64,000 bases of DNA, taken from contig OZ244999.1 in NCBI GenBank assembly GCA_965223265.1, forward strand, positions 352,001 to 416,000, given 5' to 3'. The DNA comes from Planctomycetota bacterium. GTDB lineage: Bacteria > Planctomycetota > UBA8108 > SXIK01. This document shows, piece by piece, positions 9,700 to 19,200 of this stretch (the stretch's first letter is position 1; every line of letters begins with the position of its first letter). The notes below the pieces were generated by a model, which was not told where the DNA came from, searched no databases, and saw only the letters and a list, made by a program, of their open reading frames with translations. The position numbers and the translations under genes were made by a program.

Positions 9700-10929
9700 T
9701 CAGCGCGTGGTCAGATAGGGAACGAGCCGCACGCGACGAAGATCCATCACCGCCCCCTTCGCCTTGCGGATCGGACGTACCGAAAGACGGTAGTCTCCTG
9801 CGCGCGTGATTTCGATCGACCCGATGATGCGGGGTACGAAGTTTTGGAAGTGTCCGGTTTCTTCGACGACGAATCGCAGCGACTGTTCGCCGATCGTCAG
9901 GGTGACTTCACTCCCGCCGGCGCGCGCACCGCACCCCTGAAGGATTTCGACACCAAACGTTCGCGGCTGGTGCACGCGGAAGTCCCAAGAGGCCCAATCG
10001 GTTGGGTTGACCCAGTATCCGAGCGTGTCCTTGTGTCGTTTCGGCTCATACTGGAGTTTCGTGCCGTGGACCGTTGCGTCACGGGCGTGGCAGGTGATCG
10101 AGTCGTCTTCCGCTTGCGTGACCGCTCTCCCCTCGCTCGTGGGGCGCAGGGTAATCGCCTTGAGATTCATTACCGCGACGCCAACTTTTTTCGTGCAGCG
10201 CACCGCGACGTCGTACTCCCCGCGCGGCTTATCGAGGTAGAGCCGGCCCAAGTCGATCGTCGTGTACTTGTACCAGCTCCCGGTCGCTGGCAGCTCGCCG
10301 TGCAGCGTCCGCTCTCCAAACTCCAGATCGAACTGTGTGCCGTCTTCGCCGGCGGCGGAGTAGGTCAGTTCGACGCGGTACATGCCGGGCCGGCTCGCCA
10401 TGTACGTCCAGTGGACCGTGTCAGCACTGTTCGTCCAAAACCCGATTCGGTGGTTGCCGGGGTGAGTTTCAAGCTTCGCCCGTGTGCCCTCGACGCGGGC
10501 GTCAAGCGCCGAGAGCACGATGCGGCCGTCGCCAAACTGCCGAGTCTTCTCGACAGTTTCGAAGCGCAAGCGTCGATCGTTGCCGCCGGCAGGTGACTCG
10601 GGACGATGCAGTGAAATGCTCGTCGCGTCCGCGCTGAACTCGAGCATGAGCTGCCCGCGCTCTGGGTCGTCAGTACAATACGCTCTCGAGAGATTGGGAA
10701 AGGGGGTCGGAAGCACGATGCGGCCGTCGCGTGGCCAAGCATCGATCTCGACGTCGTAAATCTCGAGCTCGGAGTCGTGGGTCAGGCGGCCCCAATCCGT
10801 AGTCATGACCGTTTGTGCTCCGGCGGCTATCCCTTCAGCCTCTAAGAAGGAGGTCGCGCTGCTGACCCCGACAGCGACAACGATGGCGGTGGCGAATGCG
10901 ACAAAGGAAGCGAGAATCCCCGTGTGCAT
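9700..10929 (-). CDS. secreted protein with tandem CBM6/CBM35-like carbohydrate-binding modules
   Basis: Signal peptide after MHTG. Two repeats of IGFW/LGYW..D...W ..G.Y.VE..TGSW/TGHF..GR.. typical of jelly-roll CBMs. Start chosen by inspection. Confidence 0.6.
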   Translation of the reverse strand: MHTGILASFVAFATAIVVAVGVSSATSFLEAEGIAAGAQTVMTTDWGRLTHDSELEIYDVEIDAWPRDGRIVLPTPFPNLSRAYCTDDPERGQLMLEFSADATSISLHRPESPAGGNDRRLRFETVEKTRQFGDGRIVLSALDARVEGTRAKLETHPGNHRIGFWTNSADTVHWTYMASRPGMYRVELTYSAAGEDGTQFDLEFGERTLHGELPATGSWYKYTTIDLGRLYLDKPRGEYDVAVRCTKKVGVAVMNLKAITLRPTSEGRAVTQAEDDSITCHARDATVHGTKLQYEPKRHKDTLGYWVNPTDWASWDFRVHQPRTFGVEILQGCGARAGGSEVTLTIGEQSLRFVVEETGHFQNFVPRIIGSIEITRAGDYRLSVRPIRKAKGAVMDLRRVRLVPYLTTR

Positions 10930-11208
10930 GTGTCCCAGTCTCTTGGTTGCGTGTGAGCGGTCAGGTGCCGGCTGCGAAGACTTGTGTCGGCAGGCTTCTC
11001 CGCAGCACCGCACCGTCGACCCGCGGTGCGTCTCCCCAGTCGACCACGACTTGCGGCGTCACACAAGTTGGAACGCCGTCATGGGAGAGTTGTCGCCACG
11101 AGTTGATACCGGATTGGAGGCGATCGAGTGCACGTGGTGAAGACCACCACGATCTGCTACGATTCCATACCTCGGGCGATTCGCACACGGGTGCTCGGAA
11201 GGAGAATC

Positions 11209-12033
11209 ATGATGAAGCGTAACGTATTCTCGATCGGCATGTTCTTGTTCAGCGTCGTGATCGCCGCTGCTTCGGTGCTGCCGCTTCGCGGCGATGAAGT
11301 GCCGGCGCTGAAGGGGTTGATTGTTTCCGGTGGCTGCTGCCACGACTATCCGAACCAGGACCAAATCGTCTCCAAGCGGCTGAGCGAACGCGTCCGGATC
11401 GAGTTCGATATCGTCCGCGCCAGCGGCACGAGTCGAAAAACGCGTCTGCAGTTTTACGAGAAGGAAAACTGGGCCGAGGGCTATGACGTCGTCATCCACA
11501 ACGAGTGTTTTGGTGGCATCACCGACGTCAAGTACGTCGAACGTATCGCCAAGGCTCACTTCGACGGCGTGCCAGGCATCATGATCCACTGTTCGGCGCA
11601 CAGCTACCGGCACGCAGCAACTGACGAGTGGCGCAAGTGCATGGGCGTATCATCCTTTAGTCACGAGAAGCACCGACCGGTGACCGTGAACGTGCTTGAG
11701 TCGAAGCACCCGATCATGAAAGGGTTCCCGTCGGCGTGGAAAACACCGAACGGCGAGCTCTACAAGATAGAGAAGCTGTGGCCGCAGGCGGTGCCACTCG
11801 CCAAGGCGTATGGTGAGGACACAAAGAAGGACCATGTGGTGATCTGGACCAACACGTACGGCTCCGGCCGGATCTTCGCCACGACGTTGGGCCATCATAA
11901 CGAGACGATCGAGCACGAGGTGTACATGAATATGATGGCACGCGGTGTCTTGTGGGCGTGCGACAAGCTCGACAAGAACGGCGATCCACTCGCCGCGTAC
12001 GTCGTCGAGCCGAAGAAGGAGAGGAAGAAGTAG
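11209..12033 (+). CDS. ThuA-like (class I glutamine amidotransferase fold) secreted protein
   Basis: GGCCHDY, IHCSAHSY, HPIMKGF..ELY and GRIFATTLGH motifs. RBS GGAG precedes ATG 11209. Confidence 0.75.
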   Translation: MMKRNVFSIGMFLFSVVIAAASVLPLRGDEVPALKGLIVSGGCCHDYPNQDQIVSKRLSERVRIEFDIVRASGTSRKTRLQFYEKENWAEGYDVVIHNECFGGITDVKYVERIAKAHFDGVPGIMIHCSAHSYRHAATDEWRKCMGVSSFSHEKHRPVTVNVLESKHPIMKGFPSAWKTPNGELYKIEKLWPQAVPLAKAYGEDTKKDHVVIWTNTYGSGRIFATTLGHHNETIEHEVYMNMMARGVLWACDKLDKNGDPLAAYVVEPKKERKK

Positions 12034-12070
12034 TCGGGCTCGAGGCGTGTAAGAGTGCAGGAGGTCGGAC

Positions 12071-13396
12071 GTGAGAATCCTTCGTTACCCGAAAGTCCGT
12101 CTCGTGGCTGTCTGGATTGTCCTCGGAGGGCTGGCTGCCGCATTCTCCGCTACGGCGATCGCGGCCGAAGAAGAGAAGCCAAACATTGTTTTCATCCTCG
12201 CTGATGACGTCGGTCAGGAGGTTCTGGGTTCCTATGGCGGTACGTCATACGCGACCCCACGGTTGGATCGCTTGGCGGCTCAAGGCATCCGTTTCCAGCA
12301 CTGCTACAGCATGCCGGTTTGTCATCCGTCGCGGATTTGCCTGCTGACCGGTCGCTATCCGTTTCGAATCAACGATCCTCGTTGGGGGAGCTTTCCGTCG
12401 CATGAGGAGCAGAATTCTCTCGCGTCGGTCCTCAAGCGAGCTGGCTACGCGACGGCCGTTGCCGGCAAATGGCAGCTGGCGCTTCTCAAGAACGACTTGG
12501 AGCAGCCTCATCGTCTGGGTTTCGACGACTACTGCCTGTTCGGTTGGCACGAGGGGCCGCGTTACTATCAGCCACACATCTGGCAGAACGGGGAGCTGCG
12601 CAAGGACGTTCGCTCTCGCTACGGACCCGATGTCTACACCGATTTCTTGATCGATTTTATCGAGCGGCACAAAGAGAAGCCTTTCTTCGCCTTCTACTCC
12701 ATGGCGCTTTGTCACGATGTGACGGACGACCTGAAAGAGCCGGTGCCCCTAGGTCCAAAAGGACGTTACGACTCTTACAAAGAGATGGCTGAGGCGATGG
12801 ACGAGCGAGTCGGTCGTCTTGTCGACGCGCTGGAGCGACTCGAGCTGACCGAGAAGACCATCGTCGTCTTTACGACCGACAACGGCACCCCGGTACGGTA
12901 CATCTACACAGCTGAAGGCGATCAGCTCTTGAGGCAGCCGGTGATCTCGAAGCGTTTCGACGCGGATGTCCATGGCGGCAAGGGCTCGCTCCGCGACGCC
13001 GGCACACGAGTTCCACTCATCGTCTTTCGACCGGGGACGATACCGTTCGGTCGCGTCGTCGACGATCTCGTCGATTTCAGCGATTTCTTGCCGACGTTCG
13101 TTGAGGTCGCTTCAGCGTCTTTGCCACGTGGGGTGCGATTGGATGGCGTCAGTTTCGCGTCACGCTTGACCGGAGGCGGAGCCGGCGGCCGCACGTGGGC
13201 TTTCGCGCAGTCGAGGCGCGGCCAGTTCTTTGTCCGCACGCAGCGCTGGAAGCTCTACAACGATGGGCGATTTTTCGACGCCGCGGTCGACCCCCTCGAG
13301 AGGCAAGCCGTCGATGCCAGGGCGCTCACTCCGGAAGCGAGCACCGTGCGTACGCAGCTTCTCGCGGCGCTCGATGAGCTCAAGAAGGAAGAGTAG
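12071..13396 (+). CDS. arylsulfatase-like sulfatase
   Basis: KPNIVFILADDVG, formylglycine motif CHPSR..LTGRY, GKWQL, TTDNG and GGKG..GTRVP. Signal peptide present. Confidence 0.9.
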   Translation: MRILRYPKVRLVAVWIVLGGLAAAFSATAIAAEEEKPNIVFILADDVGQEVLGSYGGTSYATPRLDRLAAQGIRFQHCYSMPVCHPSRICLLTGRYPFRINDPRWGSFPSHEEQNSLASVLKRAGYATAVAGKWQLALLKNDLEQPHRLGFDDYCLFGWHEGPRYYQPHIWQNGELRKDVRSRYGPDVYTDFLIDFIERHKEKPFFAFYSMALCHDVTDDLKEPVPLGPKGRYDSYKEMAEAMDERVGRLVDALERLELTEKTIVVFTTDNGTPVRYIYTAEGDQLLRQPVISKRFDADVHGGKGSLRDAGTRVPLIVFRPGTIPFGRVVDDLVDFSDFLPTFVEVASASLPRGVRLDGVSFASRLTGGGAGGRTWAFAQSRRGQFFVRTQRWKLYNDGRFFDAAVDPLERQAVDARALTPEASTVRTQLLAALDELKKEE

Positions 13397-13535
13397 AGAG
13401 GCGAGCCGATGACGCGTGGGACCCTTCGTTTGCGCACGCGCGCGTCGTCGCGCGCTCACGTCGGATGGAAACAGCGCATGGGGCGAAATCGACTCGTCTT
13501 CTTATGCAATCCAACTCGCTGGCTGCCGTACTTGA

Positions 13536-13988
13536 TCAACTCGTGCGTTTCTTCTTCTTGTGTGCCTTGTGACAGGCGCCGCACGCAGCAGTCATAGCCT
13601 TGAAGCTCTTTTTGGCGGCTTCCAGATCCTTCGCCTCGGCCGCCTTGACGACGTTGGCGCTCTCGGACCTCAGCACTCCCTTGGCGGCGTTTGCCCAGGT
13701 ACCGTCTGGGCAGCGCCCGTCTTCCATCAGCACGAAGCTCGCTTCGTTGAGCAGCGACGCCTGTTCGGCAACAAGGTCCCACGCCTTCTTGTCGCTCGGT
13801 CCGGCGTCCAGGCTCTTTTTGAGCGCGCCGCACTGCGCGCCGACAAGGCCGCGCATGAGATGGCGTGTCTGCAGTACGCGTGTCTTTCCCTTCGTTACCT
13901 GTGCGCTCATGATACCGGCAAAGATGACCGCGACGATCACCACAGACCCCGTCAGAAGGCGAGCAGAACATTTCCGTCTCTCGAGCAT
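13536..13988 (-). CDS. cytochrome c' (class II four-helix cytochrome c)
   Basis: Signal peptide, helical body and C-terminal CGACH(K) haem motif. RBS GGAGAGG precedes ATG 13988. Confidence 0.75.
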   Translation of the reverse strand: MLERRKCSARLLTGSVVIVAVIFAGIMSAQVTKGKTRVLQTRHLMRGLVGAQCGALKKSLDAGPSDKKAWDLVAEQASLLNEASFVLMEDGRCPDGTWANAAKGVLRSESANVVKAAEAKDLEAAKKSFKAMTAACGACHKAHKKKKRTS

Positions 13989-14341
13989 GCGACCTCTCCC
14001 GAACGTGTGACCCAGTACGACGAAACGCGCTCGACGGGAAAAATCTCCCGCCGCCGCGAGTATTTTCGCGTACGAAACTCCCTCGTCCCCCGAGAAGACG
14101 GCGAGTCCTCCCGGGGAAACCAATGAACGCGTGAATGATCTCTGGGGAAGCGCTGAGCTGCAACAATGAGACCACTGCGCAAGATTTCTTGCGCTCTGCC
14201 GCCGGTCGCGCGAACGTTTCGGTTCGCCAGAAAGGCTGGGGTTGGGCTCGGCCGTCACCGACGGTGGCAGACAAACGCCTTGCGCGCCCCCAGTTTTTCT
14301 GTCACGTTTGGAACTTTCCTGACTTTCAACGAGTGCAAACA

Positions 14342-14896
14342 ATGGACGAACAGATCCGCCACTTGACTGATTTTTTTCGTCGCCAGGGGGCCGACTCTAT
14401 TCCCCACGCTGGCGAGAAGCCCTACCTGGCTCACGCCATCGGCGTCTACAGCGATCTCAAGTCTTGGGGCTGCGATCGGGATTTGTGTCTTGCGGGACTA
14501 TTCCACTCGGTCTATGGCACCCAGTCGTTTCAAAAGTTCGCGTTTCCGCTCGAGCGGCGCAGCGAGATCGAGGATCTCATTGGGCGGCGTGCCGAACAGC
14601 TCGTCTACTGGAACTGCGTCATGGATCGAGCTGCGTTTGATGAAAGCATTCAGCAGACCAGCGGGCCTTACGTCGTTGTGAACCGGATCACGGGTGAGCG
14701 CATCGACCTCGAAGATTCCGAGTTCGACCGTCTCGTCACACTACACCTGTGCGATTGGCTCGAACAAGTGGCACGTTCGGCTGAGTGGGATTACCGTCGC
14801 GCGGCCTATCGCCAGATGGCAGAGCGCCTCGGGGGAGTTGCCTTGGAAGCGCAGAGGCGCGTTTACAGTGGTCACGAAGCCGCGAAGTCGAGCTAA
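14342..14896 (+). CDS. HD-like / DUF6817-type protein
   Basis: IPHAG..YLAHAIGV, LAGLFHSVYGT, IG.RAEQLVY and CDWLEQ pattern. Confidence 0.6.
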   Translation: MDEQIRHLTDFFRRQGADSIPHAGEKPYLAHAIGVYSDLKSWGCDRDLCLAGLFHSVYGTQSFQKFAFPLERRSEIEDLIGRRAEQLVYWNCVMDRAAFDESIQQTSGPYVVVNRITGERIDLEDSEFDRLVTLHLCDWLEQVARSAEWDYRRAAYRQMAERLGGVALEAQRRVYSGHEAAKSS

Positions 14897-14942
14897 CAGC
14901 CGCGCCAGTTTTTGCGGACGATGATCCAGAGGTCCAGTTCCC

Positions 14943-16040
14943 ATGCAGTCGGCACCTCGCTTCTCCCGCGTCGTCGGCGATCTACCCAGCGTCGTCCCCT
15001 TCGTGGGACCGGAAGCGATCGAGCGCCGTACGCGGCAGCCATTCGAGCTGCGTTTGGGCGCGAACGAAAGTGACTTTGGTGTGTCGCCGGCGGCGCGCAA
15101 GGCCCTCGAGTCGGCTGCTGCACTGACGCCGCATTACTGCGACCCCGAGAACTTCGAGTTGCGCCAGGAGCTAGCAGCAATCCACGGCGTTGCCATCGAG
15201 AACGTGCTCGTGGCCAGCGGTATCGATGACTTGCTTGGCCTTGCTGTACGTGTTTTCGGCGATCCGGACGCGAGCATGGTGACGACGGCGGGCACCTACC
15301 CGACGTTCGACTACCACGTCAGCGGGTTCGGCTGCCGTCTCGTGCAGGTGCCCTATGACGGATTCCAGCCTGATCTCGCGGCGCTCATTCGCGCTGCGAT
15401 CGATTGCGACGCCCGCATCCTCTATCTTGCGAACCCTGACAATCCGACCGGGTATTTCCACGGCCTCGGCTCGGTCAGCTCGTTTCTCGATTCTTTGCCG
15501 GGGCGCACCGCGCTCATTTACGATGAGGCGTATCTCGACTTCGTACCGCCGGCGGAGGCGATGCCGCTCGCAGTGGACGACTGGCGAATTGTCCGGCTGC
15601 GGACCTTCTCCAAGGCCCACGGAATGGCAGGGCTCAGAATCGGCTACGCCATCGCGCACCAAGACGTCATTGGCGCCTTCGAACGCGTGCGGCTCCACTT
15701 TGGAGTGAATTTGCTGGCGCAGCAGGCTGCACTCGCATCGCTGCGCGATCCGCAGTTCGTTCGTGGCGTCGTCTCGGCAGTGGCCGCGGGACGCGATGAC
15801 TATTCAGCGCTCGGGAGCGAGCTCGGCGTCACTGCGCTTCCTTCGTCGAGCAACTTCGTTTCGTTCGACATGGAAACTGCCTCACGGGCGCGGCAGACAC
15901 TTGAAGCGCTTCAGTCCCGCGGCGTCTTTGTGCGCAGCGGCCGCCTGTCACCCGTCGATCGTCTGGTCCGTGTCACCGTCGCCCAGCCATCGGGGCGCGA
16001 TCGTTTCGCACGCACCTTTCGCGAGGTTGTCTCCTTGTAG
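14943..16040 (+). CDS. PLP-dependent class I/II aminotransferase (HisC-like)
   Basis: LGANE, LANPDNPTG, DEAY and RTFSKAHGMAGLRIGY (PLP lysine). Confidence 0.85.
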   Translation: MQSAPRFSRVVGDLPSVVPFVGPEAIERRTRQPFELRLGANESDFGVSPAARKALESAAALTPHYCDPENFELRQELAAIHGVAIENVLVASGIDDLLGLAVRVFGDPDASMVTTAGTYPTFDYHVSGFGCRLVQVPYDGFQPDLAALIRAAIDCDARILYLANPDNPTGYFHGLGSVSSFLDSLPGRTALIYDEAYLDFVPPAEAMPLAVDDWRIVRLRTFSKAHGMAGLRIGYAIAHQDVIGAFERVRLHFGVNLLAQQAALASLRDPQFVRGVVSAVAAGRDDYSALGSELGVTALPSSSNFVSFDMETASRARQTLEALQSRGVFVRSGRLSPVDRLVRVTVAQPSGRDRFARTFREVVSL

Positions 16041-16278
16041 ATTGTGGGAGGAGATCGCGTCAGCATGCGCGTCGCTGCGGCCCCGTGCCTGTCGACGTGC
16101 ATTCACGGCGCCTTTGCGATACCATTTCATACAGCTTGATACAGCCACCACAGGTTCGTTGGCTGGTTGGTCTCAAGGGCATTGCTGCGCAGCAAGGAAG
16201 GCCACGTCCTGACTCCGCCGCGCCGCGTCGCGCCCGTTGATTGCACTCCCATCGTTTTTCGCTTGGATCCATCACACT

Positions 16279-19200
16279 ATGAGACAGAGATCTACGCTGA
16301 ACATCGTTTCACTAACGATCGTGTCGTTTCTCGTTTTCCAGTCCGCAGGCGTTGCTGCGGACTGGCCGATGTGGCGCTATGACGCCGGCCGTCGCGGTGC
16401 TTCGCCCGAAGAGCTTCCGAAGACGCTACACCTTCACTGGGTTCTAGAGCTCCCGCCGCCCGACCCTGCATGGCCAACCAACCAAGAGAAGCTGCAGTTC
16501 GATCGTCTCTACGAGCCCGTTCTCATGGGGGGGACGCTGTTCGTACCTTCGATGATCTCCGACAAGCTCACCGCGTACGACAGCGACACTGGAGCGGAGA
16601 GATGGAAATTCTTCGCCGAGGGGCCGATCCGATTTGCCGCGGTCGCTTCGCAAGGGAGAGTGTACTTCGCTTCGGACGACGGGCACCTCTACTGCTTGAA
16701 TGCGGTCGACGGATCGCTGCAGTGGAAGTTTCGCGGCGGACCACGGGACCGCAAGCTCTTGGGGAACGATCGATTGATCAGTGCGTGGCCGGCGCGTGGT
16801 GGGCCCGTCCTACTTGACGACTCGATCTACTTCGGTGCGAGCATATGGCCGTTCATGGGCGTCTTCCTCCACTCACTGGACGCCGCGTCCGGCCAGGTGC
16901 TTTGGACGAACAGCGGCACAGGTTCAACGTACTTGGTCCAGCAGCACAACAGTCCGGCTTTCGCTGGCGTCGCACCGCAAGGCTACCTCGCCGCGGCTGG
17001 CGATAAGTTGGTCGTGGCCGGCGGCCGGACGATTCCGGCAACCTTTGATCGCAAGAGCGGCGAGCTACTCCACTTCAACGTCTCGAGCCGTGTCATGGGG
17101 AGTAAGGGCGGCGGCGGCTACGAAGCGATCGTTGGCGACGATTTCTACCTCAATCGCGGCTGTATGTATCGTCTCGACAACGGCGCTTTCGTCGGCAACG
17201 TTGACGCCATGATCGTCAGTCCGTTTTCCATCATCGGCAAGGACGCGGACGGCATCAAAGGGTTCAAGACTGGCTGGGAGACCCTTGAAACGAAGGATGC
17301 TCGTGGCAATCCGGTCAAGAAAACGGTCGTGCCGGCATCCTGGACGACACCTCTCGACGCAGAGATCAAGCAGGTCTTCGTCAAGAGCGGCAGCCGCCTC
17401 TACTGCACTGCAGCCGACAGTGCCGTGATCGCCGTCGACTTGCCGCAGCTCGACCGTGGTGCCGGCGTCGGGTGGCGGATGCAGCTGCCCGATGAACCTC
17501 TGAACATGATCACGGGCGACGGGAAGCTCTTCGTGTCGACGGCGCAGGGCAGGATTTACTGCTTTGGCGGCGAAGATCGCGGCGTTCCTTTGCCGGCGAG
17601 CCGCGAAGTGGCAGCCGAGAAGAGTCGCGTCGATCTGGATTTCGGTGTTGTCGACGAGTGGACGCAACTCGCTGGTCAAATTCTGCGGCGAACCTCCACA
17701 GGCGCTGGCTACTGCGTCGCGCTCGGTGTCGGCAGCGGTCGACTTGTCGAAGAGCTACTGCGACAGTCGGAGCTGCACGTCATCGTGGTCGAGCCGGATG
17801 CCGCGCGTGTTGACGCGTTTCGCCGAAGCATGGATCAACGGCGCGCCTATGGGCGCCGTGTCGCCGCAGTCATTGGCGAGCCGCTGGGTGCCGAGTTGCC
17901 CCGGTACATGGCGGAACTCGTCGTCAGTGAAGACAAGGACGCGGCTGGGTTCGCAGATGACCCTAAGTTCATCGAGCGAGTTTTCGATGTTCTACGCCCG
18001 TTCTCAGGGTCTGCAGCTTTTGTCTGCTCGCAGGCCGAATACGACGACCTGCGGCAACGTGTCGCGGGCGCCAAGCTCGACCAAGGACGCGTGACTCGGT
18101 CTGGTCGGCTCGCCGTGATCGAAAGATTCGACGCGCCGTCCGGCTCCGGTGATTGGACGCACCAGTACGGCAACGCAGCCAACACCGTGACGTCGATTGA
18201 CGCGCGCGTGCGGACGCCCCTGGGGCTCCTCTGGTTCGGCGGACCGTCGAACGCCGCCGTGCTGCCGCGGCACGGGCACGGGCCAACGCCGCAGGTCTCT
18301 GGTGGGCGCCTATACATCGAAGGGCGTGACATGATCCGCGCCATGGACATCTACACTGGCCGCGTCGCCTGGGAGCGCGAGCTCCAGGGCGTCGGCAAGC
18401 ACTACGACTACACGAGTCATGAACCGGGCGCGAACTTGATCGGCAGCAACTACGTTTCGATGTCCGACGGTGTGTACGTCGTCCACGACGACCGATGCCT
18501 TCGTCTCGATCCCGTCACCGGCGAAACCATCGCCACCTTCGAGCTTCCTGCGAGCGGTTCAGCCAGCAGCGTTTCTGGCGATTCCTCTGCGGAGGCGCCG
18601 AAGCCGGCAAGGCCGGCTTGGGGTTACATCGGAATCGACGGCGACGTGCTCATCGGCGGAGCGCAGCCGACGAGCGACCAGACTCCAGAATACCACGATC
18701 GCGAGCTCCGGCGCATGCGAGGTGGCGTCGCCGAGACGCTGAAGATTTTCAAGTCACTCCGGGGCTTTCGATTCTTGGCGCCGATCAAGGACGACGCTCC
18801 ACACGAGCAGGCGTCTAGGTTCATCGGCGACCACGTCAATCTCTTGCTACTTGACGATGACATGGTCGCAAGGATTCCCCTCAAAGCACGATTTCGCGCC
18901 GAAGGTGCAGAAGAGGTGGAGAAGAAGCTCAAGGAGTATCTCGAGGCGGTTCCTGGGCGCACGGCGACAGATCACGAGGCGCTCGTACTGAAGCGGGAGT
19001 TGCTACACCTCTATTTCGGTTGGCCTAAGTACGTGCCGGCTACGGCCGGAAAATTCGGCAGCACGCTACGAGCGCAAAGCAAAAAACTCGTGGCGATGAA
19101 TCGGTACAGTGGGCGAATCCTGTGGGAGCATGAGGCGAAGCACCAGATTCGTCACAACTCGATCACTGTCGGCGGCGGCACGGTGTTCTACATCGACCGA

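Noticed and set aside
324-10596. Long antisense ORFs such as 324-1415, 2051-3034, 5875-7281 and 9460-10596
   Set aside because: Typical high-GC antisense shadows of well-supported genes, with no motifs.
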